This document shows positions 1-21,123 of a stretch of 45,797 nucleotides of DNA, one piece after another. The notes under the pieces are model-generated. The model was not told where the DNA came from, made no database searches, and saw only the letters and a program-made list of their open reading frames with translations. Both the position numbers and the translations under genes were made by a program. Origin of the DNA: Salpingoeca rosetta (taxonomy: Eukaryota; Protista; Choanoflagellata); the NCBI GenBank assembly GCA_033442325.1, contig JAWQFM010000022.1:1165313-1211109 (forward strand), read 5' to 3'. The first letter of the stretch is position 1. Each line of letters opens with the position of its first letter.

Positions 1-67
<67 letters not shown>

Positions 68-193
68 GCACACACACACACACACATGTCGGTGGTGCCT
101 TCAGATGGGAGAATCTCCACGTCCTCTACAAACACACACACACACATCGACATCATCACTCACAACGCCACCTCACTCCCTGGTCGTGCGCAG

Positions 194-401
194 GCCCGAA
201 GGAGAACATCTGGTCCAACTTTGAGCAGTATGGCCTTTCGTCGCAGTTTGTTGGCGTGCTCGTGGCCGACAACCACCGCTCTCCATATGTCAACAGGGAA
301 ATGTTCGACGCCGTCGTCGCAGACCGTACGTGCTCTGCGATGCGTGAAAGTGTCTGTGTGTGTGTCTGTGTGTCTGTGTGGCTGTGTGTGTCTGTGTCTG
401 T

Positions 402-442
<41 letters not shown>

Positions 443-1792
443 CGTGTGTGCCTGTGTGTGCCTGTGTCTGTGTGTCTGTGTCTGTGTGTGTCTGTGTGGC
501 TGAATGTGCGTACTCTTTCTTTTTTGAGTGTGTGTGCTTGTGTCACATGCGTTGTGATTGCTCGTGTTACGTGCGATGTCCAATGTGTTGCGCTCGCCAC
601 AACAACACGCTTTCCTCGCACACTTCCCCTCCCCCCTCTCTCCCCCTTTCGTGTTTTCAGCACCGTATGGCATTCGAGAGCAAGCGCGTCGCATCGCCAG
701 CCAGCCGCTCGCAGAGGAGCAGTCAGTTGATGCCCTGCCTTGCACGGTCATGTCACGCACGTCTCGTCATATTGGCTGTGCTGGCGGCACTGATATGAGC
801 CATCCTTCATTCAACCTCACCCACGCCTTTGGTTTGATGTGTGTGTGTGTGTGCAGCCGGACTGAGGCGCACTTCCCCAAGAGCGAGGCGTACGGACTTG
901 GGTCCATCTTCCACGACCTCCTCCACTTTGCTGCAGAGCGACTCGGTGAGCACTGCTTGTCGTATGCAGCTGTCGTCCCCCCCCCCCCTCACCGCAACAT
1001 GCAATTGTGCTTTTGTGCTCGTATGTAGTGAAAGACACACGCGCACGCACATACATCACACGTGCATTGGCGTATGCCGACCAGCTCACTTTCTTGCTGC
1101 ACATCTTGCTTGTTGCTTTCGTGTCAGTGATTGGTGGCCGGCTTTGCTTTTGGATCCCGGAAGCGCTGGACGACGATTCATTCAAGGTCGATGCGCAAAT
1201 CAAGACATGCATGTAACATCGCTCTCGCTTGCACACTCACACACTCACACACTCACTCACTCACTCACTCACTCACTCACTCACTCACTCACTCAACTCA
1301 ACTCAACTCAACTCAACTCAACTCACTCACTCACTCACTCACTCACTCACTCACTCAACTCACACACACACTCACACACTTACACACACACTCACTCACT
1401 CACTCGCTCACTCCGATTTCCGTGTGTGTGCCGTTCAGTTGCCGATGCACCCGTGCCTGGAGTTGGTGTCTGCGTGCCAGCAGATGCTGTCTGGGCGGCT
1501 TGCGCGGCGGCTGGTGACAATGCGCAAGACGCGGCATGTACAGGAGGGCGACCGCACCGTGGAGACGCTGCCTGCCTCTTGGGAGGTGCGCCATGTCGTC
1601 TTCAGGCGCGACGATGAAGAAGAAGCAGAAGAAGAAGAGCAAGATGCTGGTGACGGTGGTGATGGTGACCATGATACCAGCGTGAGCAAGGTGGTGGAGG
1701 CAGTACAGCAAGCGCAGCAGGCGCAGCAGGCGCAGCAGGCGCGCAGTGCTGGTAGCACCAGGGAGGAGGAGCAAGAGGGGGAGCGCAGATGA
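194..1792 (+). CDS. TRMT11: tRNA (guanine-10-N2)-methyltransferase Trm11, 3' part (5' exons lie before the window)
   Basis: Exons 194-325, 661-721, 857-945, 1128-1186 and 1439-1792 join in frame at GT-AG sites. Product ENIWSNFEQYG...FDAVVADPPYGIRE...DLLHFAAERLVIGGRLCFW...LPMHPCLELVSACQQ...RRLVTMRK has the DPPY amino-methyltransferase motif and Trm11-type C-terminal motifs. Stop is TGA 1790-1792. Confidence 0.88.
1250..1410. repeat. Compound (ACTC)n/(ACTCA)n microsatellite in a TRMT11 intron
   Basis: actcactcactc... switches to actcaactcaactca and back. Confidence 0.9.
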
Positions 1793-1988
1793 CACAGCTG
1801 GCGCGAGATACATCACTCTCAGTGCACCCGCCTCTCGCTCGTTTGTTTTTGCCCACCGCTTGTGCTTCATTTTATGGCAAATAAACGTTTACCCACTGGT
1901 TCACACGCGCGCGCAGAATTCAAAAATCGCGGCAACTGCCAAAACCAAAATCCCAACGACCACCAACAGAGAGCGAGCGAGAGAGGCA

Positions 1989-2071
<83 letters not shown>

Positions 2072-2084
2072 GAGCACGAGCGCG

Positions 2085-7755
<5,671 letters not shown>

Positions 7756-8457
7756 GCACGTGATGTGACATGACGACATGACGATGATACACTGCTGGTG
7801 TGCAGCGGTGGTGTTGCATGGCTGTGTTGTTATGCTGCGTCCTGCAGTGCTGTAGATGACGTTATGTTACTTCGTTGATGCTCTTCTTTCCATGTCACAC
7901 ATCACGCCGTTGGTGTTCTGTTGGCGCGTGATGTGCAATGAATGAAGTGATGTGATCTGCCTTGCCTTGCCTTGCTTGCGATGTGCCTCTTGTATTTGCT
8001 TGCTTTCCTCTGGTGGTGCCCCATCTCTCTATTCCCCTCCCCCTTTGCTCTTTGCTTGTACACACATGTAAATCTGAACTTGAAGTTGGGGGCGAATAAC
8101 ACGGGAACAAGAAGCAGCCAACAACACACCCACGTGCACAGGAAACCAAGACAACGAACCTAGGAAGGAAAGGGGAAACGCGCACGGGTGAAGATGGACA
8201 CGCATCTCAAGCAACACGCACGAAGCAGAGTGCAAACAGATGGATGGACGACGCGACAGGCTGATGAACTGTTCACATACGTGTAGGTGTACTCCTTGAT
8301 CACGCGAGTCGCCCTTCCATTACAAGCACACGTACACGCGCACACACACACACACACACACACGCACGCACGCACGCACGCACGCACGCACCCTCACACA
8401 CACGCGCGCACACGCACACACGCACACACACACGCACGCACACACGCACAAACTGTG

Positions 8458-10077
<1,620 letters not shown>

Positions 10078-10404
10078 CGCGGTTTGGTTGGTTTGGTTGG
10101 TTTGGTTGGCGATCAGAAGAAACAACGACCAGGACAAAACCAGCTTTTAATTCACGACAAACACGTCATGTGTCTTCATACGTCATCGTCATCCAGAATG
10201 TCATGTCATGTCACACCCTTCGTGCTCACTGATTGCAACATTCTTGCGTGGGTTGTGACGCTGCGTTTCAGGAAGCTCTGCCTTTATTCACCCGCCAGCG
10301 TCACGAAGCTTGCATGCAACTCGTGTGTCTCTCTCGCTCTGCAATCATCATTTTCCCCAACATCCTTTTGTACCTATTTTCGCTGTGTGACGAGGGCGTA
10401 CGGA

Positions 10405-10642
10405 ATGGACTTGCTCGTGAGGGCCGTCGACCTACTCGGAGATGAGGACGCTGAAGGTGGCAAGTCCAAGCTCCACCTCCTCAACGACGACGCTGGACAG
10501 CGTGCAGGGGGCGCCGAGGCCACCACCGGCGCTGGCACCGACAGCGGACGCAGGAGTCGGACCAGCAGCAGAAGTGACAACGACGACCACTACGATGACG
10601 ACGATGTGAGCGACAAAAACGGCAACTGGAATATGCAACAGC

Positions 10643-10734
<92 letters not shown>

Positions 10735-11974
10735 CGGTCTGTATTGTTGGTGCCAGGAGACGAAGAGGACGCTGACTTTGGCACGCAGCTGCACCAGGGC
10801 AAGCGACGCAGTGTGCGACAAATGTCACCAACATCCGCAGAGCACGCGCGCCGCATCAACCGCCTTGCAGCCAGAAAACACCGACGAATGGCCAAGGAAC
10901 GTCTGCAACAGCTTGAGTCTGCGTCCCACCTGCTCGCACTGCGGCTGGCACGCCTGCAATCCGAGACGAAGAAGCTGAGCATGAAACGGGCATCGCTGCT
11001 GGAAAAGGTGCTTCAGGAGTACAGCCCGGCATCCACGAGGCGAGCTTGGCTAACCGCGAGGCTTGCGAAGCTTTCACAACAACAGCAGCAGCAGCAACGG
11101 CAGCAACGGCGGTCTGGACAACGCCCACAAGAGAGGAAACAGCTGGCAGTGGCCGCTGTGCATGCAGCAAGCGGTGCAACAAGCTGTATCAGGAACGCAC
11201 AAGAGCTGTCCAACGCTTCTGTTGTTCAAGTACCCAAATCCCCCATCAGCAGCAGTGCCAGCAGCGCCAGCAGCGCCACGGACGCTGAGCAGATTACTCA
11301 GCAGCAGCGGTCGCTGTCGCCAATGAGCGCGTCCGGATCGTCAACCATAGGCCAGGCCGTCCCCACTTCCCCTGCCTGTTCGTCCACTGTATCGAGGAGC
11401 CCGCAACGCATGCGCCAGACGAGAAAGAAGACGTTGGGAAAAACCAAGGCAGCTGCATCTCAGGCATCTCGCAGACCAGCGCGGGCCGGCGCAGGAAATG
11501 CCGGTGGTCCCGCCCACCGCCGTCGGCAGCGCCCGTCGCCTGCAGTCGAGGGTCCGCACACCATCAACACAGACACAACAGCTGCAGGCAGCACACCAGC
11601 AGCGAACACCAAGGACCATCACCACGCAGACACGAAGACGGGTGCGTCGAGTGCATCGGAGTCTGCGGCCACCACCTTGCTACAGGCACAGCAGCGCGAA
11701 TTTCTGCACAAGCAGCTGCTCCTTCGCCAGCATGTCCTGCAGCAACTTCTTTGGATTCAACAACAGCAGCAACAGCAGCATCAAGACCAGGGTGGCATGG
11801 CTTTGGCTGCTCCTCTTCTGACATGGCCTCAACACACGCACAGCCCTTTGTACAATCAGGCCCTATTTAGCCATGTGCGACAACAGCAGCTGCTGCAAGC
11901 CTCGCAAACTCAGCAGCATGTACAGAGTGGTGGGGATGAAAGTGGCAACTGCTTGAACGCCAAGACACAGCCGC

Positions 11975-12062
<88 letters not shown>

Positions 12063-12489
12063 GCAACCGCATTATGTGTACGGGCGCGGATGGTTGCCTG
12101 GAGCCATGATGTTTGGCGGCGCCACGCTGCCGGCCTTGACACCGCAGCAGCAGCTTGCGCTGCAGATGCAGCAAACCAAGGGGCTGATGGAACGCCGTTC
12201 TGCAATGGGCCTGACGACAGCTGCAGTGTCTCGCTTCCCCAACACGACATCCTACGCCGCCCTCCCAACCGGGATGCCTGGTCTGCCCAGAGGTATGGGC
12301 TTCCCTCAACTCCCAACCTCAGCGACAGCAACAACAGCAACAGCAACAGCAACAGGCCGAGCAACTACAGCGGTAGCAGCAACAACGGCAGCTGCTCTGG
12401 CAACAAGAACAACAAGAACAACAACAAGACCACCTCTTGCCGATGCTGCTTCCTTCACCATGCCGGTGACACAGGTGCCCATGGAATAG
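10405..12489 (+). CDS. bZIP transcription factor with polyQ tracts, single exon
   Basis: Open frame from ATG 10405 to TAG 12489. Basic region RRINRLAARKHRR has the N-x7-R signature, followed by five Leu at heptad spacing (QQL-ESASHLL-ALRLARL-QSETKKL-SMKRASL). Two long (CAA)n polyQ runs at about 10636-10734 and 11974-12066. Confidence 0.85.
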
Positions 12490-13900
12490 GCTAGACTTAC
12501 CAACCCTTCTGGCGTGCTGTGGATCGATCAGAAGAGGAGAGAACGAGGGAGAGAGCGCGCGTGTGTGTGATTGAGTGAGGGTGTGCGGTGTGCGATTGCG
12601 CGGTGTGCGGTTGCGCGGGAGAAAGTGAGGTCGTGTGGGTGCTTGTCTTTGTAGGTTCGTGTTGCGAACAGCAGCATGCGCCATTCCACTCCTTTGACAT
12701 TCTTGCTGATGCTTGTGCGTTTCATGACATGGTACGTTGTGAGCGGGCGCTCGTTTCATCGTCGTTTGTCAACCGCACAGTTGTGCCATGTGTGCAATAT
12801 AAAAGGTGTACCTTGACCGAGCTTGGAGTGTGTGCGTGAGTGTGTGTGAGGGCGGGGAGGGAAACAGACAGACACTGTGTGTGTGTGTGTGTGTGCGTGC
12901 ACGTCTCTCTGTCTCTCTCTCTCTGTCTCTCTCTCTGTCTCTGTCTCTCTCTTTGTCTTTGTCTTTCCTTGTTCATTTTTTATGTTCGTTCTTCAGGGCC
13001 AACACACCAACGCAATGAGTGAAAAAAGGAAGCCAGGATGTACGTGAATGCCTTCTAGTCATCGCAGACGCTGGACGACACGTGCGTGTTGTTCTGATCA
13101 CGTCATGTCACCACAACACAACACACGAACAATTGTTTTTGCTCAGCGAGCGTGTCAGTGCAACTTGCGTGTACTCGTGGGTGTGTGCGTGACTTGTGTT
13201 GTAACAAGGAGGGAAGGAGCCACGAGATGGGAAGCAAGTCACCGAGTCATGAAGTTCTTGAGACGGTGTGTGAACGGACAAGGAACAAGCACTGGAACAT
13301 TCCACGCAAAGGGAGGAGGCTTGAAGGCCGAGGGGTTTTGTGTCCTTCTTGGCAGGTGGCAAATGCGCATAAGCCAACCTTGAGCTTGGGTTTATTTGAT
13401 GGCACGAAAATTGATGGTTGGCATTCGTGAATCGCCAGCAGTGTTAACACGTGAGCGCGTAACATTCAGCAGAAGCAACAGAACGAGCAAGACGACGCAC
13501 AATCCACAGCCAGCCAATCCACAGCCAGCGATCAACCCCCCGAGCTTGTAAGTTGATGCTTGACTGTAACAGAGCGAACCCCTTTTCCTGAGCGCGTGCT
13601 TGTTGAGCCACAGTTGCACCTCATTTCACGAGTGTAGCTTGAGAGTGATTCGTAGATCACAAGTCATAGAAAAACACGTAGCGAAAGAGCACACACACAC
13701 ACAGACAGGAGTTGATCTTTTTGTTTTATTTCACCAGTTCATCAGCTCTCACCGTTCTTTCTTCCTCACCCTTGATCTCTTCCATTCTCCTTGAGATCCC
13801 ACACCCGTTCACTCCGCTCGTCTGTGTGCGTGCGCGTTTTCCCTTGCCTCTAGGTGTACTTTTCGCTTCTTCTCCTGTAGTTTGCGCATACTTGCTAGCC

Positions 13901-15346
13901 ATGGCCGTCCGCGCCCAGTACGAAGGAAGCAACGACGTTGGCGTCTTTGCCACCCTTACCAACAGCTATTGCCTCACCGCGCTTGGCGCATCAGAGAACT
14001 TTCACAGGTGTGTTTGTGATGTGATGTGCCGTGGTGTGTCGTGATGAGGGTTTGCTGCGGCAAGGTGACGGCTGCGTTTGATGTGATTGACGCGCGTGTG
14101 TTGTCGTCGTTTGGTTTGCGTTGGGCAATGTGTGCGACAGGTGACCCTCTCCGAGAGAGACAGAGAGAGATGGAGGGGGAGGGCGTCACACACACACACA
14201 CACATACACACGCACATACACACACACACACATACACACACGCACATACACACACACGCACATACACACACGCACAGAAATCCACACACACGCACACAAC
14301 ACACGCACAGAAATCCACACAGACAGAAATCCACACAGACGCACACACGCACACACACACATGCACGCACGCACACACACACACATGCACGCACGCACAC
14401 ACACACACATAGACACAGTGTGGTGTTGTTCCAAGTCCCTTTCCATCATCATGCTCACGTGTGCTCATGCGTTTGTGCCAATCATCGACATGCAGTGTAT
14501 TTGAGAGTGAAGTCGGTGAGGTCATTCCCGTGGTCCACTGCAGCATCGCCGGAACAAGCATCATCGGCCGTCTCACAGCAGGTACGGGCAACCCCCCTCC
14601 CGCCCCTACAAGAGAAATGTCAATGTCAATCTAGCCCGCACAACCTGCATTGTGCACAAAACCCTCAAACAGTCCTGTGCATTGATTGTTGTCGTGGTGT
14701 TTGTTTGGTCGTCTGCGCGATATATGGTCCGTTTTGTGCCCGCTGCTCACTGGCTGCTTATCTCCACGCCTTGTTCTATGCTTCTTGGTTGCCAACTCTG
14801 TGAACGCGTGCACAGGAAACCGCCACGGGCTTATCGTGCCCAACTCAACCACAGACCAAGAGCTGCAGCACATCCGCAATGCGCTGCCAGATGCAGTGAA
14901 GGTGGTGCGCGTGGAGGAGCGGTTATCTGCACTGGGCAACGTCATTGCGTGCAACGACTACGTGGCCCTCGTGCACCCTGATCTGGACAGAGAGACGGAG
15001 GAGATTATCATGGACACACTCAACGTGGAGGTGTTCAGGCAAACCATCGCAGACAACGTCCTTGTTGGCTCCTACTGCGCCCTCAGCAACCGCGGTGGCC
15101 TGGTACGTTTGTTTGCGGCATGTGTGTGTATTTGGTTGTGTGTGTGTGCGTGCATGCGTGCGTGTGTGTGTGCGTGCATGCGTGCGTGTGTGTGCTTGAG
15201 TGGTTTGCAATTGCACGTGCACGTGCGTTTTGTGTCGACAAAGTATGCGACCAGAACGCATGGCCCCTTATGTGTGCACCCCCTTCGTGTTCTCACATGT
15301 CGTTGTATGTACGCCACCGTTGCGGCCTCCTTGCGCGTGCGTGCGT

Positions 15347-15388
<42 letters not shown>

Positions 15389-15609
15389 ACAACCGCTGTG
15401 TACGCGTTAGATCCACCCTGGCACGAGCGTCACAGACCAGGACGAGCTCTCATCCCTTCTCCAAATCCCACTCGTGGTGCGTGTGTTTGATCGATTGCTT
15501 GAATGTTCGTTTGATTGTTTTGTTTGTGTGTTTGTTTGTTTGTTTGCTTGGGTTTGCGGCTCTTGTAGTTGGATTACCACAACCCATGTCCCGTTTACAC
15601 ACACACACG

Positions 15610-15640
<31 letters not shown>

Positions 15641-15906
15641 CAGCACCTTTCCTTCAACCTACACAACTATTCACTCCCCTCACACTCATGTACTATCCAC
15701 CCCTTCACATCCCATGCAACGTCTACTGTGCTGTGCAGGCCGGCACTGTGAACCGCGGCAGCGATGTGATTGGCGCGGGGATGGTGGTCAACGACTGGGT
15801 TGCCGTGTGCGGCATGGACACAACGAGCACAGAACTTGCTGTCATTGATCAGATCTTTGGCTTCCAGGAGCAGCAGCAGTCGTTCCTCCCAGCAGAGTTT
15901 CTCTAG
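13901..15906 (+). CDS. EIF6: Eukaryotic translation initiation factor 6 (60S anti-association and biogenesis factor)
   Basis: Exons 13901-14007, 14496-14581, 14816-15102, 15411-15476 and 15739-15906 give [25 protein letters not shown]...[25 protein letters not shown]...[31 protein letters not shown]...AGTVNRGS, which is near-canonical eIF6. Confidence 0.97.
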
Positions 15907-16483
15907 CCCACGACTTTGGCCAGCGCCGGCTGGGTTGTGTTGTGCTGCGTGTGTTTTGTGTGGTGTGATGTGATGTGTTTTGTGTGTGTGTGTGTGTGTG
16001 GTGTGATGTGATGTGTTGTGTGTGTGTGCTTTGTGTGTGCTTTCTGTGTGCGTGTGTGTGCGCGTGCTTTGTGTGTGCTCTCTGTTGCTATTCGTGTTTG
16101 CTCTCTTGTTGGTGTCATTTCCCCTGCCTTGTTGCTGTTGTTGTGCCAGGCGTCAAGCCATGTGCGGCGGAGTAAAACGTGGCTCCCGCAACTCATCAGC
16201 AACTGTTGTAAAAGGAGGTGGTTTTATATGGGGGCGCACATACATATGTACAACATCAACTACAACAAGAGGTGGAGACGCCCCGCTTCCAACGCAACAG
16301 AAACACCGCAAACCACGCAAAAGGCGAACAAGACCAAGACCAAGACGAAGCAAGTACAGTACACAGCGATGGAAGCACGAAAGCAGAGCAACGTCATATG
16401 CATGTTTGTGGTAGCTCGCTGGTCGCGTTAACAAGCAAGGGCGACATCACAAAGAGCGAACGTGAATCGATAATCGAGAAGAA

Positions 16484-16578
16484 GGAGGAGGAGGAGGAGG
16501 AGGAGGAGGAGGAGGAGGAGGAGGAGGAGGAGGAGGAGGAGGAGGAGGAGGAGGAGGAGGAGGAGGAGGAGGAGGAGG
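16484..16578. repeat. (GAG/CTC)n microsatellite between the convergent EIF6 and NIP7 genes
   Basis: Pure gaggaggag... tract of about 32 units. Confidence 0.95.
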
Positions 16579-16910
16579 AAAGACATTGTGCCATTGAGCG
16601 TGCGTGCCGGTGTGTGGTGGTGGGGGGGGGCGTTGGGGAGCGGGCGTATGCGAGATGCAACAGCAGCCCAGTTGAGGAGGGGAGGGGGAGGGATGCTCCA
16701 ACACGAGAAACGGACGCACATCACAATCGAAGACCTTTGCGCTAGCGACTGCCTCGCACACACGCACAAACGAACAAGCAGCGTACGCAAGTACACATGT
16801 GCATGCGCACGGACACTCGCACACACGCACAGACGAACAGTCATGCATGGATGAACAATCACGCACAGACGCAGACAAGCAATCACGCACAGGCGAACAA
16901 TCACACACAC

Positions 16911-16947
<37 letters not shown>

Positions 16948-16978
16948 CACACACACACAACACATGAACATGGCACGG

Positions 16979-17521
16979 TTATGAGAGAATGTCTTCGTCA
17001 CGGAGGTATTCGCCAACATCGGCCTGTCGAAAGACGACAATCCCTGTGGGGTCCATGGTTCTGCACTCCTGTGTGCTCTTTGCGGTGGCGCCAAACCCAA
17101 GCGGCAGGTCATTCATGTTGTACACCACCACGCCCTGGTACTGGGGCGTGTTCTCTGTCATGCGCGCGAGGCCGTTCTTCAGCACGTGGTTGCCGTACAG
17201 GAACGACTGTTCTGCGGCGGGCTTGACCCACACCTTGTACACGGCATAGGCGGAGAGGTACGGCAGCGCGGTCACGTGCATGCGGAACTTGCGGCTGCGG
17301 TTAAAGCGGCCAAAGCACGTGCCCAGGCCCATGAGGTTGTCGCGTGCGCAGTTGGTGGCCAGGCGCATAATCGCCTCGCTCACATAGTACACCCTGTCCT
17401 TGTGCAGGCGGAAGCAGTACGGGCCGTCTGGTCGGTCCAGCAGCAGGCGGATGTTGGGCCCAATGTACCGGGCCAGCTTCTCAAAGAAGACGGTCGTCTC
17501 GTCCTCGGTCAATGGGCGCAT
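16979..17521 (-). CDS. NIP7: 60S ribosome subunit biogenesis protein NIP7, single exon, 180 aa
   Basis: [21 protein letters not shown]...[15 protein letters not shown]...[19 protein letters not shown]...[11 protein letters not shown]...[12 protein letters not shown] is a canonical NIP7 with a PUA domain. Confidence 0.97.
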   Translation of the reverse strand: MRPLTEDETTVFFEKLARYIGPNIRLLLDRPDGPYCFRLHKDRVYYVSEAIMRLATNCARDNLMGLGTCFGRFNRSRKFRMHVTALPYLSAYAVYKVWVKPAAEQSFLYGNHVLKNGLARMTENTPQYQGVVVYNMNDLPLGFGATAKSTQECRTMDPTGIVVFRQADVGEYLRDEDILS

Positions 17522-17838
17522 CGTGGCAGTTGGAGGTGGTGGTGGTGGTGGTGGGAGCGGGGATTGGAAGGAAACCACTCAGTGGGGGTGGAGGCAGGCG
17601 AATCTATTTTAATTTAAGGAGGATAGAGAGGCAAGGGTTGTTTGCAAAGCGTAAGGGCACAGAGAGAGTGTGTGTGTGAGTGTGAATGAGTGTGTGTGCG
17701 TGTGTGTGAGTGTGAGTGTGAATGTGTGTGTGAGTGAGTGAGAGAGTGAGGAGTGTGCATAAAGAGGAGATGGGAGGGAAGACGAGTGGAAGCAAACACA
17801 CACAGACAGAGAGACAGACGCACACGCACACACACCAG

Positions 17839-17921
<83 letters not shown>

Positions 17922-18204
17922 ACACTCACTCACACATACACACACAGACACACACACAACCCATCTGCAGATCGCGCACCTTGGTTGTTCTCTCGCAAAC
18001 ACGTGGGTTTGGGAAATTTTGTGAATGTCTTTCATGTTTACGCAGCAGCAGGGGAAGCCACAGCAAGAAGACAACAAGGGCAACGAGACAAGAAGGACAA
18101 CGACGGCTCAATTTCCGTTTTGTTTGTGTGTTGGTCACTGTCACATCGCTGTCACACATCAACAGTCAGCAAGCAAAGAGTCCATCCACCGTCAAGAAGA
18201 AGGG

Positions 18205-21049
18205 ATGATGGGAGAGTTGAGTGTGAGAGCTGGCCGCCGCGGAGGTGGCTGTTGGACGACGGTTGCAGCCATCGCCTTGGCGGTGCTGTTGGCGGTTTTG
18301 GTGGGATCATTGGACAGCGCATGGGCGCTTGAGCGAGGATCACGATCCGACACGATGGGAAAAGACATGCAGCAACAGGTGTCAGCGCATCGCCCACACA
18401 TTCTGTTTGTGGTCGTGGACGATCATGGTTGGAATGACTGCGGCTTTGCTGGCACGCGCGTGAAGACACCGACCATCGACACCCTCCGATCCGAAGGCAT
18501 CGCCCTCAACCAACACTACGTGCAAAAGGTTGTGTGTTTGTGTATATGTGTCTGAGTTTGTGTCTGTGTTTGTGTATGTGCGTGTGTATGTGTGCGTGTG
18601 TATGTGTGCGTGTGTGCGTGTGGTGCTGCGAGTTAATTCAGCTGTTGTGGTCTTTGTTGTTAACTTTACATTAGTCAACTGAACCGCGTCTTCGCCTGTT
18701 GGTTTCGTGAAACGCGCTCAGCAACACATGCATGCAAACACTACACCCCACGTTCTTCTTCATGCTACCACTTGTTTCGCAGGTGTGCAGTCCAACGCGC
18801 GCGGCGCTCATGACCGGTCGATACCCGCACCGCTACGGTCAGTGCCGTCTGCTCACGATGAACATGTGATCCCAGTTTTGCCGCAGGCAGCCACAACCAA
18901 GCAAGCGTGGCACCTGCTTGAGACCACACCCACCATAGGCGTGACACCACACCCACCTGTCTGGGCTTCCTCAACAACCCCTCCCCTGTTTTTTTTTTTT
19001 TTTTGGGCGTGTGCTTTCCCGCACGAAATGGCAGGTCTGCAGTTTCCGTTTTGCGGCGGCGCTGCCATGGCTCTCAACAGCAACGAGACGCTCTTGCCAC
19101 AATACATGAAGTCTGCTGGCTACACGACGCGCGCTGTCGGCAAGTGAGTCGTGAACACGAAGCGGTGGCTGGTGGAGGTGGATGTGGTGTATGTGTGCGT
19201 GTGTGTGTGCCTGTGCGCTGCGTGCGTTGTGTTTGTGTGTGTGTGTGTGTGTTGTGTGTGTGTGCATGTGCATGTGTACATACGTTTGGGTGCGTTGTGA
19301 GCATGATATGCGTACACATACGTGTGCGTATGCACTTTATGTCTGCACGCATTGTGTGTCGGGGTTGTGTTACTGTGTGTGCTGGCATGGTCCACGACAA
19401 AAAGCAGCCGTTCATAATTGCTGCAGCTCACACCCCGCACCGCCCACGGCACCACATTGACCAGATGGCATCTTGGGTTCACCGAGTGGCAGTTCACGCC
19501 AACGTTCCGGGGATTCGATTCCTTCTACGGATTTTACTCTTGTGCCGAAGACTACTTCTTCCACGGCCTCGGCTTCAAGAACAGCTCAGGTGGGCGGAGG
19601 TGTGTTGTGTAGTGTTGTGTTGTGTTGTGTTGTGGCTGTGGTGACCTGTGGGCGAATGAGGCTGCAGATTTCATTGTCGTGTGTTGCCGTATGTCATTGT
19701 GCTTTGGATTGACGCACGTTGTCTGCACCCACGGCCCTTGCGTCGGTACAGGCGCACACGTGAAGTCTCTTGACTTCCATGACGACGCCCGCCCATCCTG
19801 CGGCGCAGACTGCTCAAAGGTGTGACATTAGCTGTTGTAACATTGCACTCTTGCACGCCGTGCCCTGTGTGTGTGTGTGTGTGTGTCTGTGTGTGTGTGT
19901 GTGTCTGTGTGTGTGTGTCTGTGTGTGTCTGTGTGTCTGTGTGTCTGTGTCTGTGTGTGTGTGAGTGTATGCTCTGTCGTGTGCAAGGATCGTCTTTGCA
20001 GCTGTGTGCAATCTGCTTATGCAGCCGTGCTGTGGTTCACGCAAGACATGGTGCCCTTCCTCCTCCCCTGCAGGCTGCGTTTGAGGCTGTTGGCACGGAC
20101 TGGCAACACTACAGCACCACCCTCTTTGCCGGTCGCATTGTCGACATTGTCGATGGCCACGACCCCTCCCAACCGCTCTTCCTGTACTTTGCATCCCAGG
20201 TCCGTTGCAAGTTGTGTGTATGTGAGTGTGTGTGTGTGTGTGTGTGTGTATGGATGTGCATGTGTGTGTATGGATGTGCATGTGTGTGTCTGTCTATGTG
20301 TGTGTGTGTGCTTTAACCGTTTTGGCATGGGAGATATGACGTGTGTTCGTCCTCATCGTCACACCTCGTATGACCAACCGCGCCCGCCCTCATGAAATGC
20401 TCCACCACTCCTCCACACCATCCCCAACCCATGCAACCTGCATTGCACAGGACACCCACAATCCTGGCGAGGTCCCACAGTGCTACAAGGACAGGTACAA
20501 CACGACCGTCCCCGATCAGGTGCGGCGCAAGCTTGCAGCCAAGCTCACCACCGTGGACTCCGCCCTCGCAAACATCACTGAGGCGTACAAGCGCAACGGC
20601 ATGTATGACAATCTCCTCAGTGAGTTGGCCGAATGCGTTGCTTTGTTGTTTGTTTTGTTGGTTGCTTTGTTGTTTGGTTATTTGCCTGCTTGCTCGGTTG
20701 TGTCTTGTGTTACAATGACACAATACGGTGTGTCCTCCCTCTCCCACTTCTGCTCACTACATGTGGTCTATTCTCAATCGCGTCCATTGTTGCATCACCA
20801 CCACCGCATTTGCGACGGCTCCATCACCACCACCGCTTCACCACTCGCTTCGGCTCGTGCAAATGGCAGTCGTGTACACGGCGGACAACGGCGGGCCCAT
20901 CACCGTCCAGTCCGGACCAAACAAGGTGGCGGGCCCCGGTCACACACACACACACACACACTCTCTCTCTCTCTCCAAGGAGGCAGTAGTGCTTGTTTGT
21001 ATGTAGTACACTTACCATTCATCGTTGGCGTGTGTGTGAATGTGTGTGC

Positions 21050-21123
<74 letters not shown>

